From NCBI RefSeq assembly GCF_009914755.1, contig NC_060948.1: a DNA stretch of 64,000 nt. The stretch is one strand, 5' to 3'. The translations under genes were made by a program, and so were the position numbers. Every line of letters starts with the position of its first letter. Position 1 is the stretch's first letter. This DNA comes from the human T2T-CHM13v2.0 reference genome, Homo sapiens. The notes below the pieces were generated by a model. That model was not told where the DNA came from. It saw only the letters and a program-made list of their open reading frames with translations, and did no database searches. This document shows, in pieces, positions 1 to 19,088 of this stretch.

Positions 1-304
1 AACCACAAAGGTTCAATCTCTTCTGACCTTTGAAAGACACAGCACAGACAGTGGTCCTTAGGACGAAGAGCAGGAGACCCCTAATTCCGTCACCATGGCG
101 ATAGGGCATAAACATTGCTGGGTGAGGGCACAATCCACATTGTGAGGTCCAACTGCTGCCAGGAAGACAGGAGTGCTTTTACATAGACCGAAAGGTCATT
201 GAAGGCTCAGAGTTTTGTTTCAAGAACTGAATCCCAAGCCCACACGTTATTAGGCTGCGCTTCTTAAAACAAGTTATGAGATGGGAAAAAGGGCACCCAC
301 AAAC
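1..304. repeat. HSATI-type segment (partial, cut by window start)
   Basis: Nearly identical to 2414-2717; GC-richer non-Alu part of the unit. Confidence 0.75.
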
Positions 305-1856
305 ATACGTATACATTATGTATATAATAATATACAGTATCATATATATAATATATATAACCTATGTATAATATTGTTTTACATCCTGCATCTTATGTTA
401 TATATATTGTATAAAATATAATAATTGATAATATATAAGTTTTATAATTATACAATACGACATATAGTATATATTATAATTTATGACATATATAATATAT
501 GTTATATATCATATATAGAATATATTATACGGTTAATATACGTATTAAATATAAATTATACATTATATATATTATATATAATATATCTGTTATATATAAT
601 ACCCATTATGCATAATATATATATTATGTCTATGTTATATATAGTATAAAACAACATATAATAATATATAATTGTATATATAAAATGCGACATATAATAT
701 ATATTATATTTTATAACATATGTAATATATATTATATATAATACGTTGTATGTATAATACCTATATTAAATATATATTATATGACTATGTTATTAATTAC
801 ATGTCACATGTGTTATATATTATATATTTTACATAGAATATACCGGTTATATACAATATATACTATGTTACCTATAATGTATAATTTATTACATGTAAAA
901 TAAAGAATGCAATATATTATGTATAATTTATAATATACAATATGTGGAATGTGATATATATTACATATAATATATGACATATGATATACAGTATATGATA
1001 TATAACATACAATATATGATACCTAGTATATATGGTATACAATATATATTTTATGATATGTATTCTATATGTTATATATTCTGTTATATATAACTGTTTG
1101 AAATTATATATAACTGTATAATATTTTATGTAAATATGTAATATAATATATATAACTATATAATATATTATATATAACTATATATTATGTTATATATACT
1201 TTTATATCATAATTTACATAAAATGTCATAATATAATATATAATATATTATTTCATATTACATAATATATATTACATATCACCCAATATAAGTAACATAC
1301 ATAATATTATAATATAGATTATATTATGTTATGTTAAATATCATATATATCATGTATCATATATTCTATAATATATATTATATATTATATAATATGTATG
1401 TTGTCTATTATGTGATATATATAAGTATATATAATTATATTATTATACATATAACTAGATAAACATGTAATTCTACATATTTTCATTTATAATATATAGA
1501 ATTATATAATCATATATAATTATTTATATTCTATAAAAAATTATATCATTATATAAATTATAATATATAAAAATTATAATATGTACTACAAATATATATA
1601 TATTATATATCATATATGATATAGTACCTTTGTTATATATCATAATACATATAAATGTGTATTATGTTATCTATAATTATATAATTTCATATATAAGATG
1701 TATAATATGTATCATATATTATATATGTTATGTAATATATATAGTATATATAAGCTGACACAGGATAAATATTATATACTATGACATATAAAATATATGA
1801 GGTTATATGTTACATAGAAGGCATAGCACATAACATGTAATATATATCATATATAA
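305..1856. repeat. AT-rich low-complexity segment of unit 1 (recurs in every unit)
   Basis: Degenerate (TA)n/(TATAA)n/(ATATG)n sequence with very few G/C. It is copied faithfully in each unit, e.g. 2718-4276. Confidence 0.92.
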
Positions 1857-2148
<292 letters not shown>

Positions 2149-2717
2149 AGATCCATATTTTTTAAATGAAAAAAAATTTCAAAGGTACTCTGCTTGGTAC
2201 AATAATCAAATGTATAAACTGAGGAATAAAACATAACCATGAAACCTACTTATAACTGCATATGGAAAATACAGAGGATAATTTTTTAAATAACATATTT
2301 TGAAAGCCTTAACTAGTAATTTGAAGAGTTGGCATTTGAAAGGCCAGTATGAATATACCTTCAAAGCAGCAACACAGGTTCCCCATGAGAAAAAGCAAAG
2401 ACAGGGAAAATAAAACCACAAACGTTCAATCTCTTCTGACCTTTGAAAGACACAGCACAGACAGTGGTCCTTAGGACGAAGAGCAGGAGACCCCTAATTC
2501 CGTCACCATGGCGATAGGGCATAAACATTGCTGGGTGAGGGCACAATCCACATTGTGAGGTCCAACTGCTGCCAGGAAGACAGGAGTGCTTTTACATAGA
2601 CCGAAAGGTCATTGAAGGCTCAGAGTTTTGTTTCAAGAACTGAATCCCAAGCCCACACGTTATTAGGCTGCGCTTCCTAAAACAAGTTATGAGATGGGAA
2701 AAAGGGCACCCACAAAC
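2149..2717. repeat. HSATI-type segment, first full copy (~570 bp, recurs in every unit)
   Basis: Non-Alu, non-simple sequence between the Alu 5' end and the AT block. Position and size fit the HSATI component of DYZ2; boundaries are approximate. Confidence 0.78.
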
Positions 2718-4276
2718 ATACGTATACATTATGTATATAATAATATACAGTATCATATATATAATATATATAACCTATGTATAATATTGTTTTACATCCT
2801 GCATCTTATATTATATATATTGTATAAAATATAATAATTGATAACATATAAGTTTTATATTTATACAAAATGACATATAGTATATATTATAATTTATGAC
2901 ATATATAATATGTGTTATATAACATATATAGAATATATTATACGGTTAATATACGTATTAAATATAAATTATACATTATATATATTATATATAATATATC
3001 TGTTATATATAATACCCATTATGAATAATATATATATTATGTGTATGTTATATATAGTATAAAACAACACATAATAATATATAATTGTATATATAAAATG
3101 CGACATATAATATATATTATATTTTATAACATATGTAGTATATATTATATATTATATATAATACCTTGTATGTATAATACCTATATTAAATATATATTAT
3201 ATGACTATGTAATTAATTACATGTCACATATGATATATATTATATATTTTACATAGAATATACCGGTTACATACAATATATACTATGTTACCTATAATGT
3301 ATAATTTATTACATGTAAAATAAAGAATGCAATATATTATGTAAAATTTATAATATAAAATATGTGGAATGTGATATATATAACACATAATATATGATAT
3401 ATGATATACAGGATATGATATATAACATACAATATATGATACCTAATATATATGGTATACATTATATATTTTATGATATGTATTCTATATGTTTTATATT
3501 CTGTTATATATAACTATTTGAAATTATATATAACTGTATAATATTTTATGTAAATATGTAATATAATATATATAACTATATAATATATTATATATAACTA
3601 TATATTATGTTATATATACTTTTATAACATAATTTACATAAAATATCATAATATAATATATATTATATTATTTCATATTACATAATATATATTACATATC
3701 ACCCAATATAAGTAACATACATAATATTAAATTATATATTATATTACGTTATATTAAATATCATATATATCATGTATCATATAGTATATAATATATATTC
3801 TACATTATATAATATGTATGTTGTCTATTACGTGATATCTATAACTGTATATATAATTACATTATTATACATATAACTAGATAAACATGTAATTCTACAT
3901 ATTTTCATTTATAATATATAGAATTATATAATCATATATAATTATTTATATTCTATAAAAAATTATATCATTATATAAATTATAATATATAAAAATTATA
4001 ACATGTACTACAAATATATATATTATATATCATATATGATATAGTACCTTTGTTATATATCATAATACATATAAATGTGTATTATGTTATCTATAATTAT
4101 ATAATTTCATATATAAGATGTATAATATGTATTATATATTATATATGTTATGTAATATATATAGTATATATAAGATGACACAGGATAAATATTATATACT
4201 ATGACATATAAAATATATGAGGTTATATGTTACATATAAGGCATAGCACATAACATGTAATATATATCATATATAA

Positions 4277-4568
<292 letters not shown>

Positions 4569-6696
4569 AGATCCATATTTTTTAAAAGAAAAAAAATTTC
4601 AAAGGTACTCTGCTTGGTACAATAATCAAATGTATAAACTGAGGAATAAAACATAACCATGAAACCTACTTATAACTGTATACGGAAAATACAGAGGATA
4701 ATTTTTTAAATAACATATTTTGAAAGCCTTAACTAGTAATTTGAAGAGTTGGCATTTGAAAGGCCAGTATGAATATACCTTCAAAGCAGCAACACAGGTT
4801 CCCCATGAGAAAAAGCAAATTCAGGGAAAATAAAACCACAAAGGTTCAATCTCTTCTGACCTTTGAAAGACACAGCACAGACAGTGGTCCTTAGGACGAA
4901 GAGCAGGAGACCCCTAATTCCGTCACCATGGCGATAGGGCATAAACATTGCTGGGTGAGGGCACAATCCACATTGTGAGGTCCAACTGCTGCCAGGAAGA
5001 CAGGAGTGCTTTTACATAGACCGAAAGGTCATTGAAGGCTCAGAGTTTTGTTTCAAGAACTGAATCCCAAGCCCACACGTTATTAGGCTGCGCTTCTTAA
5101 AACAAGTTATGAGATGGGAAAAAGGGCACCCACAAACATATGTATACATTATGTATATAATAATATACAGTATCATATATAAAATATGTATAACCTATGT
5201 ATAATATTGTTATACATCCTGCATCTTATATTATATATATTGTATAAAATATAATAATTGATAATATATAAGTTTTATATTTATACAATATGACATATAG
5301 TATATATTATAATTTATGACATATATAATATATGTTATATATCATATATAGAATATATTATACGGTTAATATACGTATTAAATATAAATTATACATTATA
5401 TATATTATATATAATATATCTGTTATATATAATACCCATTATGCATAATATATATGTTATGTCTATGTTATATATAGTATAAAACAACATATAATAATAT
5501 ATAATTGTATATATAAAATGCGACATATAATATATATTATATTTTGTGATATATGTAATATATATTATATATTATATATAATACCTTGTATGTATAATAC
5601 CTATATTAAATATATATTATATGACTATGTTATTAATTACATGTCACATATGTTATATATTATATATTTTACATAGAATATACCGGTTACATACAATATA
5701 TACTGTTACCTATAATGTATAATTGATTACATGTAAAATAAAGAATGCAATATATTGTGTACAATTTATAATATACAATATGTAGAATGTGATATATATA
5801 ACATATAATGTATGATATAAGATATACAGTATATGATATATAACATACAATATATGATACCTAATATATATGGTATACAATATATATTTTATGATATGTA
5901 TTCTATATGTTTTATATTCTGTTATATATAACTATTTGAAATTATATATAACTGTATAATATTTTATGTAAATATGTAATATAATACATATAACCATATA
6001 ATATATTATATATAACTATATATTATGTTATATATACTTTTATAACATAATTTACATAAAATATCATAATATAATATATATTATATTATTTCATATTACA
6101 TAATATATATTACATATCACCCAATATAATTAACATACATAATATTATAATATAGATTATATTATGTTATATTAAATATCATATATATCATGTATCATAT
6201 ATTCTATAATATATATTATACATTATATAATATGTATGTTGTCTATTATGTGATATATATAACTATATATATATAATTATATTATTATACATATAACTAG
6301 ATAAACATGTAATTCGACATATTTTCATTTATAATATATAGAATTATATAATCATATATAATTATTTATATTCTATAAAAAATTATATCATTATATAAAT
6401 TATAATATATAAAAATTATAACATGTACTACAAATATATATATTATATATCATATATGATATAGCACCTTTGTTATATATCATAATACATACAAATGTGT
6501 ATTATGTTATCTATAATTTTAAAATTTCATATATAAGATGTATAATATGTATTATATATTATATATGTTATGTAATATATATAGTATATATAAGATGACA
6601 CAGGATAAATATTATATACTATGACATATAAAATATATGAGGTTATATGTTACGTATAAGGCATAGCACATAACACGTAATATATATCATATATAA

Positions 6697-6988
<292 letters not shown>

Positions 6989-9116
6989 AGATGCATATTT
7001 TTTAAAAGAAAAAAAATTTCAAAGGTACTCTGCTTGGTACAATAATCAAATGTATAAACTGAGGAATAAAACATAACCATGAAACCTACTTATAACTGTA
7101 TACGGAAAATACAGAGGATAATTTTTTAAATAACATATTTTGAAAGCCTTAACTAGTAATTTGAAGAGTTGGCATTTGAAAGGCCAGTTTGAATATACCT
7201 TCAAAGCATCAACACAGGTTCCCCATGAGAAAAAGCAAACTCAGGGAAAATAAAACCACAAAGGTTCAATCTCTTCTGACCTTTGAAAGACACAGCACAG
7301 ACAGTGGTCCTTAGGACGAAGAGCAGGAGACCCCTAATTCCGTCACCATGGCGATAGGGCATAAACATTGCTGGGTGAGGGCACAATCCACATTGTGAGG
7401 TCCAACTGCTGCCAGGAAGACAGGAGTGCTTTTACATAGACCGAAAGGTCATTGAAGGCTCAGAGTTTTGTTTCAAGAACTGAATCCCAAGCCCACACGT
7501 TATTAGGCTGCGCTTCTTAAAACAAGTTATGAGATGGGAAAAAGGGCACCCACAAACATTCGTATACATTATTTATATAATAATATACAGTATCATATAT
7601 ATAATATATATAACCTATGTATAATATTGTTTTACATCCTGCATCTTATAATATATATATTGTATAAAATATAATAATTGATAATATATAAGTTTTATAT
7701 TTATACAATATGACATATAGTATATATTATAATTTATGACATATATAATATATGTTATATATCATATATAGAATATATTATACGGTTAATATACGTATTA
7801 AATATAAATTATACATTGTATATATTATATATTATATATCTGTTATATATAATACCCATTATGCATAATATATATGTTATGTCTATGTTATATATAGTAT
7901 AAAACAACATATAATAATATATAATTGTATATATAAAATGCGACATATAATATATATTATATTTTGTGACATATGTAATATATATTATATAGTATATATA
8001 ATACGTTGTATGTATAATACCTATATTAAATATATATTATATGACTATGTTATTAATTACATGTCACATATGTTATATATTATATATTTTACATAGAATA
8101 TACCGGTTACATACAATATATACTATGTTACCTATAATGTATAATTGATTACATGTAAAATAAAGAATGCAATATATTATGTATAATTTATAATATACAA
8201 TATGTGGAATGTGATATATATAACATATAATGTATGATATAAGATATACAGTATATGATATATAACATACAATATATGATACCTAATATATATGGTATAC
8301 AATTTATATTTTATGATATGTATTCTATATGTTTTATATTCTGTTATATATAACTATTTGAAATTATATATAACTGTATAATATTTTATGTAAATATGTA
8401 ATATAATATTTATAACCATATAATATATTATATATAACTATATATTATGTTATATATACTTTTATAACATAATTTACATAAAATATCATAATATAATATA
8501 TATTATATTATTTCATATTACATAATATATATTACATATCACCCAATATAATTAACATACATAATATTATAATATAGATTATATTATGTTATATTAAATA
8601 TCATATATATCATGTATCATATATTCTATAATATATATTATACATTATATAATATGTATGTTGTCTATTATGTGATTTATATAACTATATATATAATTAT
8701 ATTATTATACATATAACTAGATAAACATGTAATTCGACATATTTTCATTTATAATATATAGAATTATATAATCATATATAATTATTTATATTCTATAAAA
8801 AATTATATCATTATAAAAATTATAATATATAAAAATTATAACATGTACTACAAATATATATATTATATATCATATATGATATAGCACCTTTGTTATATAT
8901 CATAATACATACAAATGTGTATTATGTTATCTATAATTGTAAAATTTCATATATAAGATGTATAATGTGTATTATATATTATATATGTTATGTAATATAT
9001 GTAGTATATATAAGATGACACAGGATAAATATTATATACTATGACATATAAAATATATGAGGTTATATGTTACGTATAAGGCATAGCACATAACACGTAA
9101 TATATATCATATATAA

Positions 9117-9408
<292 letters not shown>

Positions 9409-11536
9409 AGATCCATATTTTTTAAAAGAAAAAAAATTTCAAAGGTACTCTGCTTGGCACAATAATCAAATGTATAAACTGAGGAATAAAACATAACCAT
9501 GAAACCTACTTATAACTGTATACGGAAAATACAGAGGATAATTTTTTAAATAACATATTTTGAAAGCCTTAACTAGTAATTTGAAGAGTTGGCATTTGAA
9601 AGGCCAGTATGAATATACCTTCAAAGCAGCAACACAGGTTCCCCATGAGAAAAAGCAAACTCAGGGAAAATAAAACCACAAAGGTTCAATCTCTTCTGAC
9701 CTTTGAAAGACACAGCACAGACAGTGGTCCTTAGGACGAAGAGCAGGAGACCCCTAATTCCGTCACCATGGCGATAGGGCATAAACATTGCTGGGTGAGG
9801 GCACAATCCACATTGTGAGGTCCAACTGCTGCCAGGAAGACAGGAGTGCTTTTACATAGACCGAAAGGTCATTGAAGGCTCAGAGTTTTGTTTCAAGAAC
9901 TGAATCCCAAGCCCACACGTTATTAGGCTGCGCTTCTTAAAACAAGTTATGAGATGGGAAAAAGGGCACCCACAAACATACGTATACATTATGTATATAA
10001 TAATATACAGTATCATATATATAATATATATAACCTATGTATAATATTGTTTTACATCCTGCATCTTATAATATATATATTGTATAAAATATAATAATTG
10101 ATAATATATAAGTTTTATATTTATACAATATGACATATAGTATATATTATAATTTATGACATATATAATATATGTTATATATCATATATAGAATATATTA
10201 TACGGTTAATATACGTATTAAATATAAATTATACTTTATGTATATTATATATAATATATCTGTTATATAAAATACCCATTATGCATAATATATATGTTAT
10301 GTCTATGTTATATATAGTATAAAACAACATATAATAATATATAATTGTATATATAAAATGCGACATATAATATATATTATATTTTGTGACATATGTAAAA
10401 TATATTATATAGTATATATAATACGTTGTATGTATAATACCTATATTAAATATATATTATATGACTATGTTATTAATTACATGTCACATATGTTATATAT
10501 TATATATTTTACATAGAATATACCGGTTACATACAATATATACTATGTTACCTATAATGTATAATTGATTACATGTAAAATAAAGAATGCAATATATTAT
10601 GTATAATTTATAATATACAATATGTGGAATGTGATATATATAACATATAATGTATGATATAAGATATACAGTATATGATATATAACATACAATATATGAT
10701 ACCTAATATATATGGTATACAATATATATTTTATGATATGTATTCTATATGTTTTATATTCTGTTATATATAACTATTTGAAATTATATATAACTGTATA
10801 ATATTTTATGTAAATATGTAATATAATATTTATAACCATATAATATATTATATATAACTATATATTATGTTATATATACTTTTATAACATAATTTACATA
10901 AAATATCATAATATAATATATATTATATTATTTCATATTACATAATATATATTACATATCACCCAATATAATTAACATACATAATATTATAATATAGATT
11001 ATATTATGTTATATTAAATATCATATATATCATGTATCATATATTCTATAATATATATTATACATTATATAATATGTATGTTGTCTATTATGTGATTTAT
11101 ATAACTATATATATAATTATATTATTATACATATAACTAGATAAACATGTAATTCGACATATTTTCATTTATAATATATAGAATTATATAATCATATATA
11201 ATTATTTATATTCTATAAAAAATTATATCATTATAAAAATTATAATATATAAAAATTATAACATGTACTACAAATATATATATTATATATCATATATGAT
11301 ATAGCACCTTTGTTATATATCATAATACATACAAATGTGTATTATGTTATCTATAATTGTAAAATTTCATATATAAGATGTATAATGTGTATTATATATT
11401 ATATATGTTATGTAATATATGTAGTATATATAAGATGACACAGGATAAATATTATATACTATGACATATAAAATATATGAGGTTATATGTTACGTATAAG
11501 GCATAGCACATAACACGTAATATATATCATATATAA

Positions 11537-11828
<292 letters not shown>

Positions 11829-13956
11829 AGATCCATATTTTTTAAAAGAAAAAAAATTTCAAAGGTACTCTGCTTGGCACAATAATCAAATGTATAAACT
11901 GAGGAATAAAACATAACCATGAAACCTACTTATAACTGTATACGGAAAATACAGAGGATAATTTTTTAAATAACATATTTTGAAAGCCTTAACTAGTAAT
12001 TTGAAGAGTTGGCATTTGAAAGGCCAGTATGAATATACCTTCAAAGCAGCAACACAGGTTCCCCATGAGAAAAAGCAAACTCAGGGAAAATAAAACCACA
12101 AAGGTTCAATCTCTTCTGACCTTTGAAAGACACAGCACAGACAGTGGTCCTTAGGACGAAGAGCAGGAGACCCCTAATTCCGTCACCATGGCGATAGGGC
12201 ATAAACATTGCTGGGTGAGGGCACAATCCACATTGTGAGGTCCAACTGCTGCCAGGAAGACAGGAGTGCTTTTACATAGACCGAAAGGTCATTGAAGGCT
12301 CAGAGTTTTGTTTCAAGAACTGAATCCCAAGCCCACACGTTATTAGGCTGCGCTTCTTAAAACAAGTTATGAGATGGGAAAAAGGGCACCCACAAACATA
12401 CGTATACATTATGTATATAATAATATACAGTATCATATATATAATATATATAACCTATGTATAATATTGTTTTACATCCTGCATCTTATAATATATATAT
12501 TGTATAAAATATAATAATTGATAATATATAAGTTTTATATTTATACAATATGACATATAGTATATATTATAATTTATGACATATATAATATATGTTATAT
12601 ATCATATATAGAATATATTATACGGTTAATATACGTATTAAATATAAATTATACTTTATGTATATTATATATAATATATCTGTTATATAAAATACCCATT
12701 ATGCATAATATATATGTTATGTCTATGTTATATATAGTATAAAACAACATATAATAATATATAATTGTATATATAAAATGCGACATATAATATATATTAT
12801 ATTTTGTGACATATGTAAAATATATTATATATTATATATAATACGTTGTATGTATAATACCTATATTAAATATATATTATATGACTATGTTATTAATTAC
12901 ATGTCACATATGTTATATATTATATATTTTACATAGAATATACCGGTTACATACAATATATACTATGTTACCTATAATGTATAATTGATTACATGTAAAA
13001 TAAAGAATGCAATATATTATGTATAATTTATAATATACAATATGTGGAATGTGATATATATAACATATAATGTATGATATAAGATATACAGTATATGATA
13101 TATAACATACAATATATGATACCTAATATATATGGTATACAATATATATTTTATGATATGTATTCTATATGTTTTATATTCTGTTATATATAACTATTTG
13201 AAATTATATATAACTGTATAATATTTTATGTAAATATGTAATATAATATTTATAACCATATAATATATTATATATAACTATATATTATGTTATATATACT
13301 TTTATAACATAATTTACATAAAATATCATAATATAATATATATTATATTATTTCATATTACATAATATATATTACATATCACCCAATATAATTAACATAC
13401 ATAATATTATAATATAGATTATATTATGTTATATTAAATATCATATATATCATGTATCATATATTCTATAATATATATTATACATTATATAATATGTATG
13501 TTGTCTATTATGTGATATATATAACTATATATATAATTATATTATTATACATAAAGCTAGATAAACATGTAATTCGACATATTTTCATTTATAATATATA
13601 GAATTATATAATCATATATAATTATTTATATTCTATAAAAAATTATATCATTATATAAATTATAATATATAAAAATTATAACATGTACTACAAATATATA
13701 TATTATATATCATATATGATATAGCACCTTTGTTATATATCATAATACATACAAATGTGTATTATGTTATCTATAATTGTAAAATTTCATATATAAGATG
13801 TATAATGTGTATTATATATTATATATGTTATGTAATATATGTAGTATATATAAGATGACACAGGATAAATATTATATACTATGACATATAAAATATATGA
13901 GGTTATATGTTACGTATAAGGCATAGCACATAACACGTAATATATATCATATATAA

Positions 13957-14248
<292 letters not shown>

Positions 14249-16376
14249 AGATCCATATTTTTTAAAAGAAAAAAAATTTCAAAGGTACTCTGCTTGGTAC
14301 AATAATCAAATGTATAAACTGAGGAATAAAACATAACCATGAAACCTACTTATAACTGTATACGGAAAATACAGAGGATAATTTTTTAAATAACATATTT
14401 TGAAAGCCTTAACTAGTAATTTGAAGAGTTGGCATTTGAAAGGCCAGTATGAATATACCTTCAAAGCAGCAACACAGGTTCCCCATGAGAAAAAGCAAAC
14501 TCAGGGAAAATAAAACCACAAAGGTTCAATCTCTTCTGACCTTTGAAAGACACAGCACAGACAGTGGTCCTTAGGACGAAGAGCAGGAGACCCCTAATTC
14601 CGTCACCATGGCGATAGGGCATAAACATTGCTGGGTGAGGGCACAATCCACATTGTGAGGTCCAACTGCTGCCAGGAAGACAGGAGTGCTTTTACATAGA
14701 CCGAAAGGTCATTGAAGGCTCAGAGTTTTGTTTCAAGAACTGAATCCCAAGCCCACACGTTATTAGGCTGCGCTTCTTAAAACAAGTTATGAGATGGGAA
14801 AAAGGGCACCCACAAACATACGTATACATTATGTATATAATAATATACAGTATCATATATATAATATATATAACCTATGTATAATATTGTTTTACATCCT
14901 GCATCTTATAATATATATATTGTATAAAATATAATAATTGATAATATATAAGTTTTATATTTATACAATATGACATATAGTATATATTATAATTTATGAC
15001 ATATATAATATATGTTATATATCATATATAGAATATATTATACGGTTAATATACGTATTAAATATAAATTATACTTTATATATATTATATATAATATATC
15101 TGTTATATAAAATACCCATTATGCATAATATATATGTTATGTCTATGTTATATATAGTATAAAACAACATATAATAATATATAATTGTATATATAAAATG
15201 CGACATATAATATATATTATATTTTGTGACATATGTAATATATATTATATATTATATATAATACGTTGTATGTATAATACCTATATTAAATATATATTAT
15301 ATGACTATGTTATTAATTACATGTCACATATGTTATATATTATATATTTTACATAGAATATACCGGTTACATACAATATATACTATGTTACCTATAATGT
15401 ATAATTGATTACATGTAAAATAAAGAATGCAATATATTATGTATAATTTATAATATACAATATGTGGAATGTGATATATATAACATATAATGTATGATAT
15501 AAGATATACAGTATATGATATATAATATACAATATATGATACCTAATATATATGGTATACAATTTATATTTTATGATATGTATTCTATATGTTTTATATT
15601 CTGTTATATATAACTATTTGAAATTATATATAACTGTATAATATTTTATGTAAATATGTAATATAATATTTATAACCATATAATATATTATATATAACTA
15701 TATATTATGTTATATATACTTTTATAACATAATTTACATAAAATATCATAATATAATATATATTATATTATTTCATATTACATAATATATATTACATATC
15801 ACCCAATATAATTAACATACATAATATTATAATATAGATTATATTATGTTATATTAAATATCATATATATCATGTATCATATATTCTATAATATATATTA
15901 TACATTATATAATATGTATGTTGTCTATTATGTGATTTATATAACTATATATATAATTATATTATTATACATATAACTAGATAAACATGTAATTCGACAT
16001 ATTTTCATTTATAATATATAGAATTATATAATCATATATAATTATTTATATTCTATAAAAAATTATATCATTATAAAAATTATAATATATAAAAATTATA
16101 ACATGTACTACAAATATATATATTATATATCATATATGATATAGCACCTTTGTTATATATCATAATACATACAAATGTGTATTATGTTATCTATAATTGT
16201 AAAATTTCATATATAAGATGTATAATGTGTATTATATATTATATATGTTATGTAATATATGTAGTATATATAAGATGACACAGGATAAATATTATATACT
16301 ATGACATATAAAATATATGAGGTTATATGTTACGTATAAGGCATAGCACATAACACGTAATATATATCATATATAA

Positions 16377-16668
<292 letters not shown>

Positions 16669-18796
16669 AGATCCATATTTTTTAAAAGAAAAAAAATTTC
16701 AAAGGTACTCTGCTTGGCACAATAATCAAATGTATAAACTGAGGAATAAAACATAACCATGAAACCTACTTATAACTGTATACGGAAAATACAGAGGATA
16801 ATTTTTTAAATAACATATTTTGAAAGCCTTAACTAGTAATTTGAAGAGTTGGCATTTGAAAGGCCAGTATGAATATACCTTCAAAGCAGCAACACAGGTT
16901 CCCCATGAGAAAAAGCAAACTCAGGGAAAATAAAACCACAAAGGTTCAATCTCTTCTGACCTTTGAAAGACACAGCACAGACAGTGGTCCTTAGGACGAA
17001 GAGCAGGAGACCCCTAATTCCGTCACCATGGCGATAGGGCATAAACATTGCTGGGTGAGGGCACAATCCACATTGTGAGGTCCAACTGCTGCCAGGAAGA
17101 CAGGAGTGCTTTTACATAGACCGAAAGGTCATTGAAGGCTCAGAGTTTTGTTTCAAGAACTGAATCCCAAGCCCACACGTTATTAGGCTGCGCTTCTTAA
17201 AACAAGTTATGAGATGGGAAAAAGGGCACCCACAAACATACGTATACATTATGTATATAATAATATACAGTATCATATATGTAATATATATAACCTATGT
17301 ATAATATTGTTTTACATCCTGCATCTTATAATATATATATTGTATAAAATATAATAATTGATAATATATAAGTTTTATATTTATACAATATGACATATAG
17401 TATATATTATAATTTATGACATATATAATATATGTTATATATCATATATAGAATATATTATACGGTTAATATACGTATTAAATATAAATTATACTTTATA
17501 TATATTATATATAATATATCTGTTATATAAAATACCCATTATGCATAATATATATGTTATGTCTATGTTATATATAGTATAAAACAACATATAATAATAT
17601 ATAATTGTATATATAAAATGCGACATATAATATATATTATATTTTGTGACATATGTAATATATATTATATATTATATATAATACGTTGTATGTATAATAC
17701 CTATATTAAATATATATTATATGACTATGTTATTAAATACATGTCACATATGTTATATATTATATATTTTACATAGAATATACCGGTTACATACAATATA
17801 TACTATGTTACCTATAATGTATAATTTATTACATGTAAAATAAAGAATGCAATATATTATGTATAATTTATAATATACAATATGTGGAATGTGATATATA
17901 TAACACATAATATATGATATAAGATATACAGTATATGATATATAACATACAATATATGATACCTAATATATATGGTATACAATATATATTTTATGATATG
18001 TATTCTATATGTTTTATATTCTGTTATATATAACTATTTGAAATTATATATAACTGTATAATATTTTATGTAAATATGTAATATAATATATATAACCATA
18101 TAATATATTATATATAACTATATATTATGTTATATATACTTTTATAACATAATTTACATAAAATATCATAATATAATATATATTATATTATTTCATATTA
18201 CATAATATATATTACATATCACCCAATATAATTAACATACATAATATTATAATATAGATTATATTATGTTATATTAAATATCATATATATCATGTATCAT
18301 ATATTCTATAATATATATTATACATTATATAATATGTATGTTGTCTATTATGTGATATATATAACTATATATATAATTATATTATTATACATATAACTAG
18401 ATAAACATGTAATTCGACATATTTTCATTTATAATATATAGAATTATATAATCATATATAATTATTTATATTCTATAAAAAATTATATCATTATAAAAAT
18501 TATAATATATAAAAATTATAACATGTACTACAAAAATATATGTTATATATCATATATGATATAGCACCTTTGTTATATATCATAATACATACAAATGTGT
18601 ATTATGTTATCTATAATTGTAAAATTTCATATATAAGATGTATAATGTGTATTATATATTATATATGTTATGTAATATATGTAGTATATATAAGATGACA
18701 CAGGATAAATATTATATACTATGACATATAAAATATATGAGGTTATATGTTACGTATAAGGCATAGCACATAACACGTAATATATATCATATATAA

Positions 18797-19088
<292 letters not shown>

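Noticed and set aside
89-145. Kozak-like gtcaccATGG followed by a possible GGgtgagg splice donor
   Set aside because: The frame stops after 16 codons, and there is no promoter or acceptor evidence from sequence alone.
425-649. Ile/Tyr-rich ORFs (also 3041, 51239, 53659, 56275)
   Set aside because: These are translations of (TA)n-like sequence and are open only in a few variant units.
2206-2421. 71-aa hydrophobic minus-strand ORF in four flank-type units
   Set aside because: It is closed in all core units by a single variant, so it is a subfamily marker rather than a gene.
2361-2546. 61-aa minus-strand ORF (MCPHPAMF...) repeated 26 times
   Set aside because: It is short, has a non-ATG start and no recognisable domain. 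Its persistence reflects array homogeneity, not coding selection.
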